A DNA stretch of 64,000 bases from an uncultured bacterium (lineage in GTDB: Bacteria; Chloroflexota; UBA5177; JANWHV01): positions 672,001 to 736,000 of the forward strand of contig CAVSOU010000010.1 in assembly GCA_963729625.1 (NCBI GenBank), given 5' to 3'. Below the pieces are notes generated by a model that worked only from the letters and a program-made list of their open reading frames with translations, had not been told where the DNA came from and searched no databases. Below, piece by piece: positions 20,016-30,402 of this stretch. A program made the position numbers and the translations under genes. Every line of letters starts with the position of its first letter. Within the stretch, counting starts at the first letter, position 1.

Positions 20016-23000
20016 ATGGGCAGCGCGCTACGGATCGCCTTGGGGTTTCTGCTTGTAAGCCTGACGGTGACCTCGAAAGGGCTTGCCCAGCCAGGTTTGC
20101 CACGGGCGAGCACCATGGCCTCGGCGACAAGCACGCACATGCTCCACAGGCAACTGGAAACCGGGCCACTGCCCGTCACGGCCGGCGGCTCACACCGGTT
20201 GGTGTACGTACCGCTGCCGGGCGCGCCAGCCCAGCCGACAGGCGAGTCTTTCGCGGCACCGCACGCGGCGACAGCCGGCCCCCTCGCGCTCACGGCGCCC
20301 GCAGCATGCCAAGCGCCCGCTTCAGTGCAAACGATTGCCCTAAAGCTGCTGGTCATCGCGGCCGACGGGACCGAAGCCGATTTGCCGGCGATCAAGCAAT
20401 CACTCGACTACATGGGCACCCCGTACGACGTCTATGTTGCCGCTCAGCATCCCAACGGCCTGACGTCAGCCGTACTGTGGAACGGCGCGCAAGGCCGCTA
20501 CCAGGGAGTCATCCTGACCGAGGGTAACCTCACGTACTTCAACGGCAGTGCCTATGTGAGCGCGCTGAGCGCGACGGAGTGGGGGAATCTGTGGAGCTAC
20601 GCGGCCACATTCTGCATACGCATTCTCAGCTGGTATACGTATCCATCACCTTCCTATGGCTTCAACTTTCCGTCGGGTGCAGACGCTAATCCTGTGGCGG
20701 CAACGTTCACTGCCAACGGCCAGCAGGTGTTCGGCAACTACGTGAACACTACGGTGCCGTTGACCATTGGGACGAGCCTTCCCGGGTCGGGAGCCTGGGT
20801 CTATCACGCAACGGTGGCCAGTGATGGCCTGTCCACTCCACTGCTCACCGACGCCGCCGGCAACGCACTCTCTGTCGTACACACCGATCCAATTAGCGGG
20901 TACCAGACGCTCGCCTTGGCCTTCGACAGCAATGCGTTTCTTACCCACAATCTCGTCCTCGCCTATGGTCTCGTGAACTGGGTGACCCAGGGGCTGTTCT
21001 TGGGACAGCGGCACGTCTACCTCAGCCCGCAGGCCGACGATTTCTTCATCGACGACGACGAATGGCTGCTGAAACATCCGACCTCGGGTGGCCCCTACCC
21101 TGCATGTAGCGCGGCTACGGACGCTCCGGGTAATGCGACCTACAGGATGACCGGTGCAGACCTGACGACGTTCGATGGCTGGCTGAAAGGCGTCCATGGG
21201 CAGCCAATCACGGCAAACCTTGGCTTCAGTTTCGCGTTCAATGGCGTGGGGGCCGCCGACCCCACGGATTGGGGGCTTGTGTCGCTTCCAGATAGCCTCG
21301 TGGCCGCTCTCCCAACCGCGCAGTCGGATTTCAGCTGGATCAGCCACACGTACGACCACGGCAACCTGAACCTCCCGTTTCCGACCGACACAAACCTTAC
21401 CTACACGCAAGAACTGACCCTCAACGACCAGGAGGCCACTTCCCTGAAACTCACGAACTACAACAGAGACGATATGGTCAACCCGGAATACTCGGGCATG
21501 TCGAATCCCGACTTCCTGAGCGTCGCCGTGGGCTACGGTATGCGCTACATCGTGGGAGATACGTCGCACACCGGCGCGGATGCCTCAGACCCCGACCCCG
21601 CCAACTACAGCAGTTTGCCGCCGAATGCAGGCATCTACAATACGTATCAGCCTATCATTCTGACGATCCCCCGCCATCCGACCAATCTCTATTACAACGT
21701 CACGAGCCCCGGGGAATGGCTGGCCGAGGACAACTGCCTCTACCCTTCGGGTGCGGACGGGCACGTCAGCACCTATGCGCAGCTGGTCGACAGGGAAAGC
21801 AGTGTCCTCCTGACCTATATGCTCAAAGGTGACATTGACCCCTTGATGTTCCACGTGGCGAACCTCAGGGCATACGACCCAGCCGGGGATTCGCTGATGA
21901 GCGATCTCCTGAACGCCACGTTAACCAAGTACAAGGGCTACTTCACGCTGCCCATCGTGAGCCCAAACATGGACGGCATCGGACAGCAAATGGCAGCCCG
22001 GATGCAATACAACGGTGGCGGCATTTCAGGCTTCGTTACCCGAGATAGCACAGGTGTCTGGCAAACCATCACGATCAGCGGCACGACAGCAGCCGTGGTC
22101 CCGGTTACCGGGCTGGACGCGACAGGTAACGAACTCTACGGAGGCCAGAATATCTCTCATCTCGCGCTCGCCGCTGGGCAGACGCTTAGCTGCTCCCTGT
22201 CGACAGGTATCTGTGGGACTATCCCGGTGCCGCCCACGAGCACGTCAACCCCCATCCCGGTACCGCCCACCAGTACGGTAACGCGCACCGGCACGCCCAC
22301 CAGTACGGCCACCAGCACCCCGATGTCGCCCACCAGTACGGCTACACGCACCAGCACGGCCACGGCTACGCGCACCGGCACGCCCACCAGTACGGCCACC
22401 AGCACCCCGGTGTCGCCCACCAGTACGGCGACGCGCACCGGCACGCCCACGGCTACGCGCACCGGCACGCTCACCAGTACGGCCACCAGCACCCCGATGT
22501 CGCCTACCAGTACGGCCACACGTACCAGCACGTCCACGGCGACGCGCACCGGCACGCTCACCCCGGTACCGCCAACCAGCACGTCCACGGCCACGCGCAC
22601 CGGCACAGCCACGGCCACGCGCACCAGCACGTCCACGGCTACCGGCACGGCAGGCGCGGTGCCGACATCCACCGTTACCAGCACGCCCTCGGCTACGCGA
22701 ACCATCGCGCCTACGCTCACGGCTACGAGCACACCCGGTGCAGCGGGCTCGCTCACGCTGACGCCCGTCTCCTACACGACGACCTCGGGAAGCAGCGGCG
22801 GCCAGGCGGTCAGCGCGCTCTGGGTGAAGGACCAGTCCGGCACGCAGGATACCTGGAACGATTACGTCGAGTTCGACACCACCAGCGCGTCTCCATACTA
22901 TTCCGGGTATCGCACGTACACACTGCCCAGCAGCGTGTCACCGTCCTCGCTCACGTCGCTGCAGGTGCAGACGAACTTCATCGGGCAGGCCGTGACCGCC

Positions 23001-23231
23001 CAGCGCTGGACCTGGCAGATCTACGACTGGACGACCAACTCCTACGTCACCCTGGGTGACAATACCGGTGCCTCTGACTGGGTGTGGTCACCGCTGAGCT
23101 TCAACGCAAGCGGCACGCTGGCCCACTACGTCAACAGCGCGGGGCAGATCCAAATCGGGCTCGTCGCCAACAACGCGTCCGACAACTGCGACCTGGACTA
23201 CGAAGCAATGGTAGTGGGCCACGGTACGTAG
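20016..23231 (+). CDS. Secreted Agd3-like (CE18) polysaccharide deacetylase with Thr-rich linker and C-terminal beta domain
   Basis: Signal peptide; QADDFF (DD) and WISHTYDH (HxxxH) metal motifs; PRHPTNLYYN and LMFHVAN segments as in Agd3. Confidence 0.75.
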   Translation: MGSALRIALGFLLVSLTVTSKGLAQPGLPRASTMASATSTHMLHRQLETGPLPVTAGGSHRLVYVPLPGAPAQPTGESFAAPHAATAGPLALTAPAACQAPASVQTIALKLLVIAADGTEADLPAIKQSLDYMGTPYDVYVAAQHPNGLTSAVLWNGAQGRYQGVILTEGNLTYFNGSAYVSALSATEWGNLWSYAATFCIRILSWYTYPSPSYGFNFPSGADANPVAATFTANGQQVFGNYVNTTVPLTIGTSLPGSGAWVYHATVASDGLSTPLLTDAAGNALSVVHTDPISGYQTLALAFDSNAFLTHNLVLAYGLVNWVTQGLFLGQRHVYLSPQADDFFIDDDEWLLKHPTSGGPYPACSAATDAPGNATYRMTGADLTTFDGWLKGVHGQPITANLGFSFAFNGVGAADPTDWGLVSLPDSLVAALPTAQSDFSWISHTYDHGNLNLPFPTDTNLTYTQELTLNDQEATSLKLTNYNRDDMVNPEYSGMSNPDFLSVAVGYGMRYIVGDTSHTGADASDPDPANYSSLPPNAGIYNTYQPIILTIPRHPTNLYYNVTSPGEWLAEDNCLYPSGADGHVSTYAQLVDRESSVLLTYMLKGDIDPLMFHVANLRAYDPAGDSLMSDLLNATLTKYKGYFTLPIVSPNMDGIGQQMAARMQYNGGGISGFVTRDSTGVWQTITISGTTAAVVPVTGLDATGNELYGGQNISHLALAAGQTLSCSLSTGICGTIPVPPTSTSTPIPVPPTSTVTRTGTPTSTATSTPMSPTSTATRTSTATATRTGTPTSTATSTPVSPTSTATRTGTPTATRTGTLTSTATSTPMSPTSTATRTSTSTATRTGTLTPVPPTSTSTATRTGTATATRTSTSTATGTAGAVPTSTVTSTPSATRTIAPTLTATSTPGAAGSLTLTPVSYTTTSGSSGGQAVSALWVKDQSGTQDTWNDYVEFDTTSASPYYSGYRTYTLPSSVSPSSLTSLQVQTNFIGQAVTAQRWTWQIYDWTTNSYVTLGDNTGASDWVWSPLSFNASGTLAHYVNSAGQIQIGLVANNASDNCDLDYEAMVVGHGT
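22221..22740 (+). repeat. Intragenic imperfect tandem repeats encoding PTSTATRTGT-type linker
   Basis: Repeated CCCACCAGTACGGC and ACGCGCACCGGCACG units. Confidence 0.9.
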
Positions 23232-23540
23232 CCACGGATGTGCTTGTCTGCATCTATATCGCCGCCGTGACCAGTCGCGAGCCGTGTGGCTGCGCGCCTC
23301 CCGCCCCAACCGTGGTCCCGGCTAGTACTATCATCACCTTGATTCCACCCGGCCAATAGCTCGCGGGCCAAGCAGTCTGGGCAACAACCTTTGCTATGCA
23401 TTGGCGTAACCACTTTCCTGCCTTGGCTGCCGCGGTGATGCGGGAGGTCTATCGCTCCCCCAATCCCACCTGGCTTGCACGCAAGGTGGCTGTATCCTGG
23501 CACGTCACCGTCATCCCACATTCCGCACCCCCTTAAGCCA

Positions 23541-23650
23541 GGACCAGCTAATTGCCTTCCGCAGGGGCGCCGGCGACTTGCCGGGGCTGCCCTGGCCCTC
23601 ACCGTGGGGTTGGGCGGACCAGCGAATTGCCTTCCGCGGGCGCTGGCGAC
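23541..23650. repeat. Two 35-37-nt direct repeats, each a hairpin, separated by 38 nt
   Basis: GGACCAGCTAATTGCCTTCCGCAGGGGCGCCGGCGAC (23541-23577) and GGACCAGCGAATTGCCTTCCGCGGGCGCTGGCGAC (23616-23650). Confidence 0.8.
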
Positions 23651-24182
23651 CCGATACTGTGCCGTTTCGGCTCCTGAACGGCTCAGCTTCCCCGCTCGCC
23701 AGCGTAGAGCCGGCTCGATTCCCCGTTCGGGGGGTCCACGTTCGGGTATCGGAGAAACCTTGTGGTCGCGCGAGAATGCGGGATAGAGGCGCAAACAAAC
23801 TCTGCGGCGTACCCAGAGATGGGGACGACGCGCCAAGGAGTGAACAGTGCAACCACGCCGATGGCAGTCTGTGTGGTGGCCCGGATCCGCTGCGATTCAC
23901 ACGCAGCAAGCCGGGAACCGCCAGACGTGCTGCGGCCTGACGGTTCCCACGAGACACCTGTACTGGCCTGACGGCTGCACCAAGGGCAGGCTAAGTTGGT
24001 GCCGTAGCTGCATCGTCTCCTCGCACGTTGCTGTTGCGAGCCACGTCCTGAGCCTCGATCAACTGCAGTGAGCCGCGCGTGTTAGGACCGGGGCACGCGA
24101 TGGGGCTTGGTCGATTGGCCGAAACCACGGGCATCACTCGCCAGGCGTTGCTCGAGGGCTAGGCTGAACATCTGTTCTCTGT

Positions 24183-24446
24183 TCAGCCGATCCGGCGGAG
24201 CAGGCGGGCGCGCTCGGGTGCGATGCGCCATAGGAAGCGGCTGCGAATGGCCGCTGTCGGTTCCTTGCCCAGGCCCCTGCTGTACTCTTCGAGCAGTGCC
24301 AGGGCCATGCTGTCGAAGTTGCGGCCGAGCCAGGCGCGGCGCTCGGCAGAGCTCCACTGCGCGAAGGCGTCCGGCCTTTCCTGGGCGTGTTCGAGGACGG
24401 CGGCGGCCTGCAAGACAATGTTCGTAGTGTCGGAGAAGTCGTCCAC
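24183..24446 (-). CDS. Small helical hypothetical protein (87 aa)
   Basis: GGGAGG RBS before GTG; stop codon lies within a GGCTGAACA/TGTTCAGCC hairpin. Confidence 0.6.
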   Translation of the reverse strand: MDDFSDTTNIVLQAAAVLEHAQERPDAFAQWSSAERRAWLGRNFDSMALALLEEYSRGLGKEPTAAIRSRFLWRIAPERARLLRRIG

Positions 24447-24653
24447 GGCTAAGTCCTCCCTCTGCACGCTGCGACGGGCCGCCCTGGCACTTCTACAGTA
24501 GCAGGCTGAGCGGGACGGGGCCACGCGCTTGGTGCATAACATGAGTATCGCCGCGCTGTGCTATGCTATTGGAACCAGTCCAGGGTGCTGGACCGGAAGA
24601 ATTTCTCGGCCACGATGTGGTGGCCGGCATTTCAGCACACAAGGAGGTGTGTT

Positions 24654-24872
24654 ATGCATCCAATGACCCTGCGTGGCGGCACGCCAGTCCCGGCAGGTGT
24701 CTATCGGCAGTTGCACAGCGGACGGTTGGTGTACCTCGGCATCCCCAGCACACTGCCAGGCCAGAGCAACTCTGACTTCTATGTCAAGGTGCCGGCAGCG
24801 GCGCTGTTTGGCACGGGAGTGAGCCAAACTCCGTACTTCCATGCAGCGGAGCATCAGGCGAAGAGCAACTGA
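24654..24872 (+). CDS. Small hypothetical protein (72 aa), loosely YjzC-like
   Basis: Strong AAGGAGGT RBS; G..VPAGVY motif. Confidence 0.6.
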   Translation: MHPMTLRGGTPVPAGVYRQLHSGRLVYLGIPSTLPGQSNSDFYVKVPAAALFGTGVSQTPYFHAAEHQAKSN

Positions 24873-25118
24873 AACCTGGCCCGACTCGTCACATCAAGGT
24901 CACGCCGCGAATGGGCGTGGCCTCGGCGGGACGTGGCGAACGGGCTTCGGTTGAAGCCCGTTCGCCGCTTCGTGTGTAGTCTGGCTGCGGACAGTGAACG
25001 CCGCTAAGGTGAAGCCTCGACGAGACCTCCATGGACGCGTACGACCCTGGGCCGCGGGCGTCTCGCCCGCCCTCGTTTGGCCGCCGGCACACCTGCGATC
25101 GGCCACTACGGGTATAGC

Positions 25119-27278
25119 CTAGGTCAGCGGGGCGAGCAGTTCGCGGTAGACCGGGATAGGCCACGCGTCGGCGGCGGTAGTTTCCTCCAGTTGGTCGAGC
25201 ACCGACCGCAGGTTCTCCTGAGCCTGGCGTACAGAAGTGCCGAATGCTTCCGTGCGGTCATGTTGCGAATCCGCCTCTTCGGCATGGGCCAGTGCGGTCC
25301 TGAGCGCCGCCAGCCGTTCCTGGGCGATGCCGGCCAGGCAGCTCTGTGCTTGCAGCGCGGCCTTGAGCTGTGCCGGAACCTCCACACCGGCCTGGTCGAG
25401 CTGCACGAGCGCATTGGCCCGGCGCCGCAGATCTTCGATCACTGCAGGGAGGATCAAGGTCTCCCCCATCTGGCGCAGCACCTGCGCCTCGATGGAGATC
25501 GCCTTCTGGTATTGCTCGTGGTAGATGTGAATGCGAGAGGCCACTTCCTCCGCGCTGAAGATGCCCTCACGAATCAGCACCGCCTGCGCAGCCGGCTCCT
25601 CGTAGATCTTCAGAGCCGCGACCGTGTCCCGGGCATGCGGTAGGCCGCGTCGCTCCGCCTCTTGCTTCCATTCCTCAGCGTAGCCGTTTCCCTCAAAACG
25701 CACGGCCTTTGTCTCGGTAATAGCCTTGCGAATCACGTCGATCGCGGCGACCTCTCGAGCCACGCCCGCGGCAAGCTCTGCCTTCATCTGGACGTTCAGC
25801 TCATCCAGCGCTTCCGCCATGGCCGCGTTGAGTATGGTCAACGGCCGAGCTATCGGTTGGCTGCTTCCCACCGCACGGAACTCAAACTTGTTGCCCGTGA
25901 ATGCGAAGGCGCCGGTGCGGTTGCGGTCCGTGGCGTCCTTTAGCACCTGAGGAAGATTTGCCAGATGAATGCTCAACCTGACCTTGCCGCGCTCATCCAC
26001 GACGTCGCCCGCTTCTACCGCATCCAGCACGCGGTTGAGCTGCTCGCCCAGGTAGACCGACATGATCGCGGGAGGAGCTTCGTTGGCGCCCAGGCGGTGA
26101 TCATTGCCGGCCGAAGCGATGGAGGCGCGCAGGAGCCCACCGTGGCGGTGCAGCGCCTTCACGCACGCAACGAGAAAGTACAGGAACTGCAGGTTTTCCT
26201 GCGGCGACTGACTGGGCTCCAGAAGATTGTGCCCTTCATCCGTGGCAAGGCTCCAGTTCACATGCTTGCCGCTGCCGTTGATGCCGGCGAAGGGCTTCTC
26301 ATGCAGCAGCGCGGCAAGGTGGTGGCGCTCGGCCACGGTGGTCATGATCTCCATCAGCATTTGGTTGTGGTCGAACGCAAGCGCAGCCGGCTCATAGATT
26401 GGCGCGATCTCGAACTGGTTCGGCGCGACTTCGTTGTGTCGGGTTTTCACCGGGATGCCCAGTTTGAATGCCTCCAGCTCGACTTCCTGCATGTAGGCCA
26501 GTACGCGCTCCTTAATGTTGCCGAAGTAGTGGTCCTCCAGCTCCTGACCCTTGGGAGGACGCGCGCCCTGGAGGGTTCGGTTGGCGAAAAGCAAGTCCGG
26601 ACGCCGCTGCGCAAGCGCCAGGTCAACCAGGAAGTACTCCTGCTCCGGACCACACTGCGCGGTGACGCGGGAAGCTGCAGTGCCGAAGAATTCCAGGGCG
26701 CTAAGGGCGGCCTTGTTCACTACTTCGATCGAGCGAAGCAGGGGCAGCTTGTAGTCGAGTGCCTCACCGTTGTAGCCGATGAAGGCCGTCGGTATGCAAA
26801 GCGTGCTGCCCAGCGGCCCTTCCTTGATAAAGGCCGGGCTGGCCGGGTCCCACATCGTGTAGCCGCGAGCCTCGAACGTGGCCCGCAGACCGCCGCTGGG
26901 GAAGGAGCTGGCATCGGGCTCACCCTGTGTCAGCTGGCTGCCGGAAAAGCGCTCGATGACCGTGCCAGGCTCGTCCCAGGCGATGAACGCATCATGCTTC
27001 TCAGCCGTGGCGCCGGTCAACGGCGCGAACCAGTGCGTAAAGTGCGTGACTCCCCTTTCCGCGGCCCACTCCTTCATGGCCTGGGCAACAGCATCGGCCA
27101 CGTCTGGAGTAAGCGACGTGCCGTGCTTCAAACACTTCTTGAATGCCTGATACACGTCCGCAGGCAGTCTCTCGCGGGCAGTTTCCTCATTGAAGGTGTT
27201 GATGCCGAAATACCCGCTGACTTTCGCCTGATCCAGCCTTCTGATCTGCTGGATACTGCCCCGCAGCGCTTCAACCAT
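25119..27278 (-). CDS. glnN: Glutamine synthetase type III
   Basis: THFTHWF.PLTG.TAEKHD, GEPDASSFPSGGLR.TFEARGY, HEKPFAGINGSGKH and HRLGANEAPP motifs. Confidence 0.96.
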   Translation of the reverse strand: MVEALRGSIQQIRRLDQAKVSGYFGINTFNEETARERLPADVYQAFKKCLKHGTSLTPDVADAVAQAMKEWAAERGVTHFTHWFAPLTGATAEKHDAFIAWDEPGTVIERFSGSQLTQGEPDASSFPSGGLRATFEARGYTMWDPASPAFIKEGPLGSTLCIPTAFIGYNGEALDYKLPLLRSIEVVNKAALSALEFFGTAASRVTAQCGPEQEYFLVDLALAQRRPDLLFANRTLQGARPPKGQELEDHYFGNIKERVLAYMQEVELEAFKLGIPVKTRHNEVAPNQFEIAPIYEPAALAFDHNQMLMEIMTTVAERHHLAALLHEKPFAGINGSGKHVNWSLATDEGHNLLEPSQSPQENLQFLYFLVACVKALHRHGGLLRASIASAGNDHRLGANEAPPAIMSVYLGEQLNRVLDAVEAGDVVDERGKVRLSIHLANLPQVLKDATDRNRTGAFAFTGNKFEFRAVGSSQPIARPLTILNAAMAEALDELNVQMKAELAAGVAREVAAIDVIRKAITETKAVRFEGNGYAEEWKQEAERRGLPHARDTVAALKIYEEPAAQAVLIREGIFSAEEVASRIHIYHEQYQKAISIEAQVLRQMGETLILPAVIEDLRRRANALVQLDQAGVEVPAQLKAALQAQSCLAGIAQERLAALRTALAHAEEADSQHDRTEAFGTSVRQAQENLRSVLDQLEETTAADAWPIPVYRELLAPLT

Positions 27279-27401
27279 ACGCCCCCTCCGGTAGCTATTA
27301 GGAGCAGACCTGGACATGGCCTGTGGCGGCACACACACATAGGGGCGTGCCGCTTACGGGCTCTAGAGTACCCGCCGCCCCTGCACTCTGCCAAGGATCG
27401 G

Positions 27402-28268
27402 CTAGTTCAGCCCATCCACAATCCGCCGTAGTCCCAGAATGCTCTGCTCCACAACCGAGCGCTCGTCGAAGCGGTATCGCGGGTGCAGGTGATCGATTTC
27501 CACGGCCAGCAGACCGGCATATCCTGCAGCCTTGAGCAATCCGAGAATCGCCGCGAGATCCACCAATCCGTCGCCAACCGGCGCGCTGGAAAAGAAGTAC
27601 CAGTCTGCCGGAGACACCTCGTCGCGCACCGTCAGATCTTTGATGTGCGTGGCAAACGTATGCTTTGCCAGCTTCTGCATGGCCCGCACAGGGTCGTCGA
27701 GCACGCGAGGAAAGTTGCCGGTGTCGAACGTTACTCCAAAGTATGGTGAGCCGACTGCCTCGACCAGCCAGAGCATCTCATCCGCAGTGTAGTCACCATG
27801 GTTCTCCGCCGCCAGCCTCACATCGTGGTGGCGGGCCACCTCGACGGCCTCTATGTACCAACGCGCCAAAATCTCCAGCCGTGGCTGGCGTGGCGTCTTG
27901 CGGTAATCCATCGAGCCGGGCCCGGGCGTCACGCGCATGACGCTCGCTCCGATCAGCGCGGCATTCCGGATCTGGGCAAGCATGTCGTCGAATGCGCCGC
28001 GATTCGTGCCGTCCTCCAAGCCGCTCGGATGTCCCCACGCGTAAACGCGATCAAACCCGTAATCGTCCAACTGCACTTTCAGGTCGCGTAGCCAACGTTC
28101 TTCCATACTGGGCAGGAAGCACGATTCCAGAGACACGCCGTCGACCTTCAGCTCGTTGGCAAACACAAGGAAGTCACCCACGGTCATGGGCGCCGCGGGC
28201 ACCGGCGTACCGTCGTACACTTCACCAAAGAAGCGGTGAAAGCAATAGCTGTCGATACCGATTTTCAC
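27402..28268 (-). CDS. Sugar phosphate isomerase/epimerase (xylose isomerase-like TIM barrel)
   Basis: AENHGD, FDTGN, THIKD and AVEID motifs. Confidence 0.9.
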   Translation of the reverse strand: MKIGIDSYCFHRFFGEVYDGTPVPAAPMTVGDFLVFANELKVDGVSLESCFLPSMEERWLRDLKVQLDDYGFDRVYAWGHPSGLEDGTNRGAFDDMLAQIRNAALIGASVMRVTPGPGSMDYRKTPRQPRLEILARWYIEAVEVARHHDVRLAAENHGDYTADEMLWLVEAVGSPYFGVTFDTGNFPRVLDDPVRAMQKLAKHTFATHIKDLTVRDEVSPADWYFFSSAPVGDGLVDLAAILGLLKAAGYAGLLAVEIDHLHPRYRFDERSVVEQSILGLRRIVDGLN

Positions 28269-28418
28269 GATCCCACCCTTCGTCCACCGTTTCAGTGTGC
28301 ATCCGGTCCCACTGCTCGTGCCTCGCCCAACCACCGCGGAAGCATGGGGGAGTGTGCTGACGTGCGCGTGCTCCCGGTTGATGATGTAATCGCTGCTACC
28401 TCCGGATGGGTCGCGACG

Positions 28419-29519
28419 TCACACGGGCGCCACGGTCACCGCGTCCGTTGCTACGAGACCTTCCTCGCAGACCAGCCCGATGCCGCCGCAAGTCAGCGGC
28501 CGATCGCCGTCGACGACGTCAAAGATCTGTTCGTCATCCACCCAGGCGCGTATTCGGTCCCCTCCCAGCTCCAGGCGCAAGCCATAGGGGCGTCCGAGCT
28601 CCCAGGCGACGCTTGACTCCGCCAGCACTGCCTCGCCTTCAAAGCGCTTCACCAGCCGCACGTTGCCTTCCTGGTGCAGCACAAGCGCATAGTACCGCTC
28701 CATCCCTTGTACACGTGCGGCGAGGCCGAACGCCGAGGCCAAATGCGGCGTGAGGGTGGTCGCAACCTGATAGTCTGTCCACTCACGCGCGCCGGTAATC
28801 AGCAGGCCGCGCCCACGATTCTGCATGAGCCGGTAGGACTCCGGCCACTCTGGATGGGGGAATTGCTGGTCGAGGCCGTCCACCCAGGCCCGAAGCCACA
28901 TCGTGCCCCTGGCCGCGGGCCGCGTCAATGTCACCCGTGGCGCACCGCCCCAGCCCAGATAGTCGAGATACACAATACCGGCCGCGTCAGAGGTCGCCCG
29001 CGCCTCCACACCCACCGTGGCGATCGGCTGGCCATCGGTCTCAGGGATCCGCCACGCGAGCACGTGCTCGCCGCCGGGGATCAGCGACGCAGCCGATCCT
29101 CGGTGCGTCATCAGTACGTCGTATGCGCCATATGTCTGCACGACCACGCACACGACCACCGGCACTGCATTCGCATCATCCGCCGAGAGCCGCGCCTGCA
29201 AGTGCTGCCCGGCGTATAGTGTGGGATCGATCAGGTAGTTGAGCCAGGTCTGGCCAATCTGAGCCTGCGTGAGGTCGCGCGAGATGCCGTAATCTTCGAG
29301 AGCGCGGAGGAACGTAAAGGTGCCGCCGATGTCGTCGTCTGGGACCACGACGGGCACACCGCACCGCGCGTTCACGTAGTAGCCGATCTCGCCCAGTTCG
29401 GCCATGATGCGCTCCTAGCTCCACATTTCAACCGGCCGGCCGAGGTAGACGCCGATGATCTTGCCGAGCACGCCGGCGTACACGCGTTCCAGATAATCTG
29501 AAGGCACGGGCATTGTCAT
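28419..29519 (-). pseudogene. ADP-ribosylglycohydrolase-family pseudogene (in-frame TAG and large internal deletion)
   Basis: MTMPVPSDYLERVYAGVLGKIIGVYLGRPVE N-terminus, TAG at 29415-29417, DDDI.GT motif, then an abrupt join WLNYLI/PTLYAGQ to the C-terminal beta domains. Confidence 0.8.
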
Positions 29520-29633
29520 TTCCTTTCACGCACGCCGCACGGGCCTGCCGGCCGAAAGTCCGACGGGCAGAATCGCCCGTCGGGTAGCGATTTGCGTCGA
29601 GAATGCCAGGCCGCGAGGCCGGGTCAAACCGTG

Positions 29634-30240
29634 CTATGCCGAATCGCGTAACACCAGGGTCGTAGGGATCATGAGATGCGCGTGTGTTTGCGGATGCCCG
29701 TCGATATGCTGAAGCAGCAGCCCGGCCGCAAGCTGGCCAGCTTCGTAGGCCGGCTGGCGCACGGTTGCGAGTGCCGGCTCGACGATCTCTGCCTCGTCGA
29801 TGTCGTCGTATCCGACCACCGCCACATCCTGCGGTATGCGCAAGCCACGTTTCCTGAGCATGCGCATTGCGCCAATGGCCATCAAGTCGTTTGCGGCCGA
29901 GACAGCGTCGAAGGTGACACCGCTGTCGAGCAGCGTGAGCATCGCCTGCTCGCCGCCGGTACGTTTGAAGTCCGCGGTTACCCGCAATTGTGGATCGGCT
30001 GGAATGCCGAACTTCAGGTGAGCGGCGAGATACCCCGCATGCCGCCGGTCTGATGCCGGAGTGTCGGAGAGGCCGCCAATGAAAGCAATGCGCCGCCGCC
30101 CGTGCTCAAGCAAGTGCAGGACCGCCTGTTCAACTCCTCCCGCGTCGTCATGAGAGATTGAAGCAATCTCGATGTTGCCGACCTTTGGGCCGATCACCAC
30201 AATCGGTATGTCGCCGCCGCAGATTGCCGCCGATGCACCA
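29634..30240 (-). pseudogene. LacI-family regulator, C-terminal effector domain only (HTH missing)
   Basis: HLLEHGRRRIAFIGG, AANDLMAIG, IPQDVAVVGYDDI and LVLRDS motifs; no N-terminal HTH upstream. Confidence 0.8.
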
Positions 30241-30402
30241 CCGGACGAGGGCGGGCTGAAGTCCGCTGCCAGGCTGCCAGTGAGTCTCCCCTGTGAACTT
30301 CGGGGTTTCAAGGGAGGTCCCAGCATTCAGGTACGCCATTGGGCGTATCCTCGGGTAGTCTGAAACCGCTCTGTCTGGTAGGCTAGGATCTTCGGATAAC
30401 GC

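Noticed and set aside
23541-23650. Calling the twin repeat a CRISPR array
   Set aside because: Only two non-identical copies, no leader and no cas genes; kept as a repeat
25081-25090. CCGCCGGCAC matching the tRNA-Leu 3' end as a possible att site
   Set aside because: A 10-nt GC-rich match is expected by chance and no integrase is associated
27279-27401. Glutamine riboswitch or ANTAR motif upstream of glnN
   Set aside because: GC hairpins are present but lack the recognisable consensus
25965-27431. Long antisense ORFs (also 16463-17482, 37633-38811, 62480-63643)
   Set aside because: Shadow ORFs of real genes in high-GC DNA
29415-29417. In-frame TAG as pyrrolysine or readthrough
   Set aside because: The gene also lacks most of its catalytic domain and no pyl genes are seen; simple pseudogenisation is more likely
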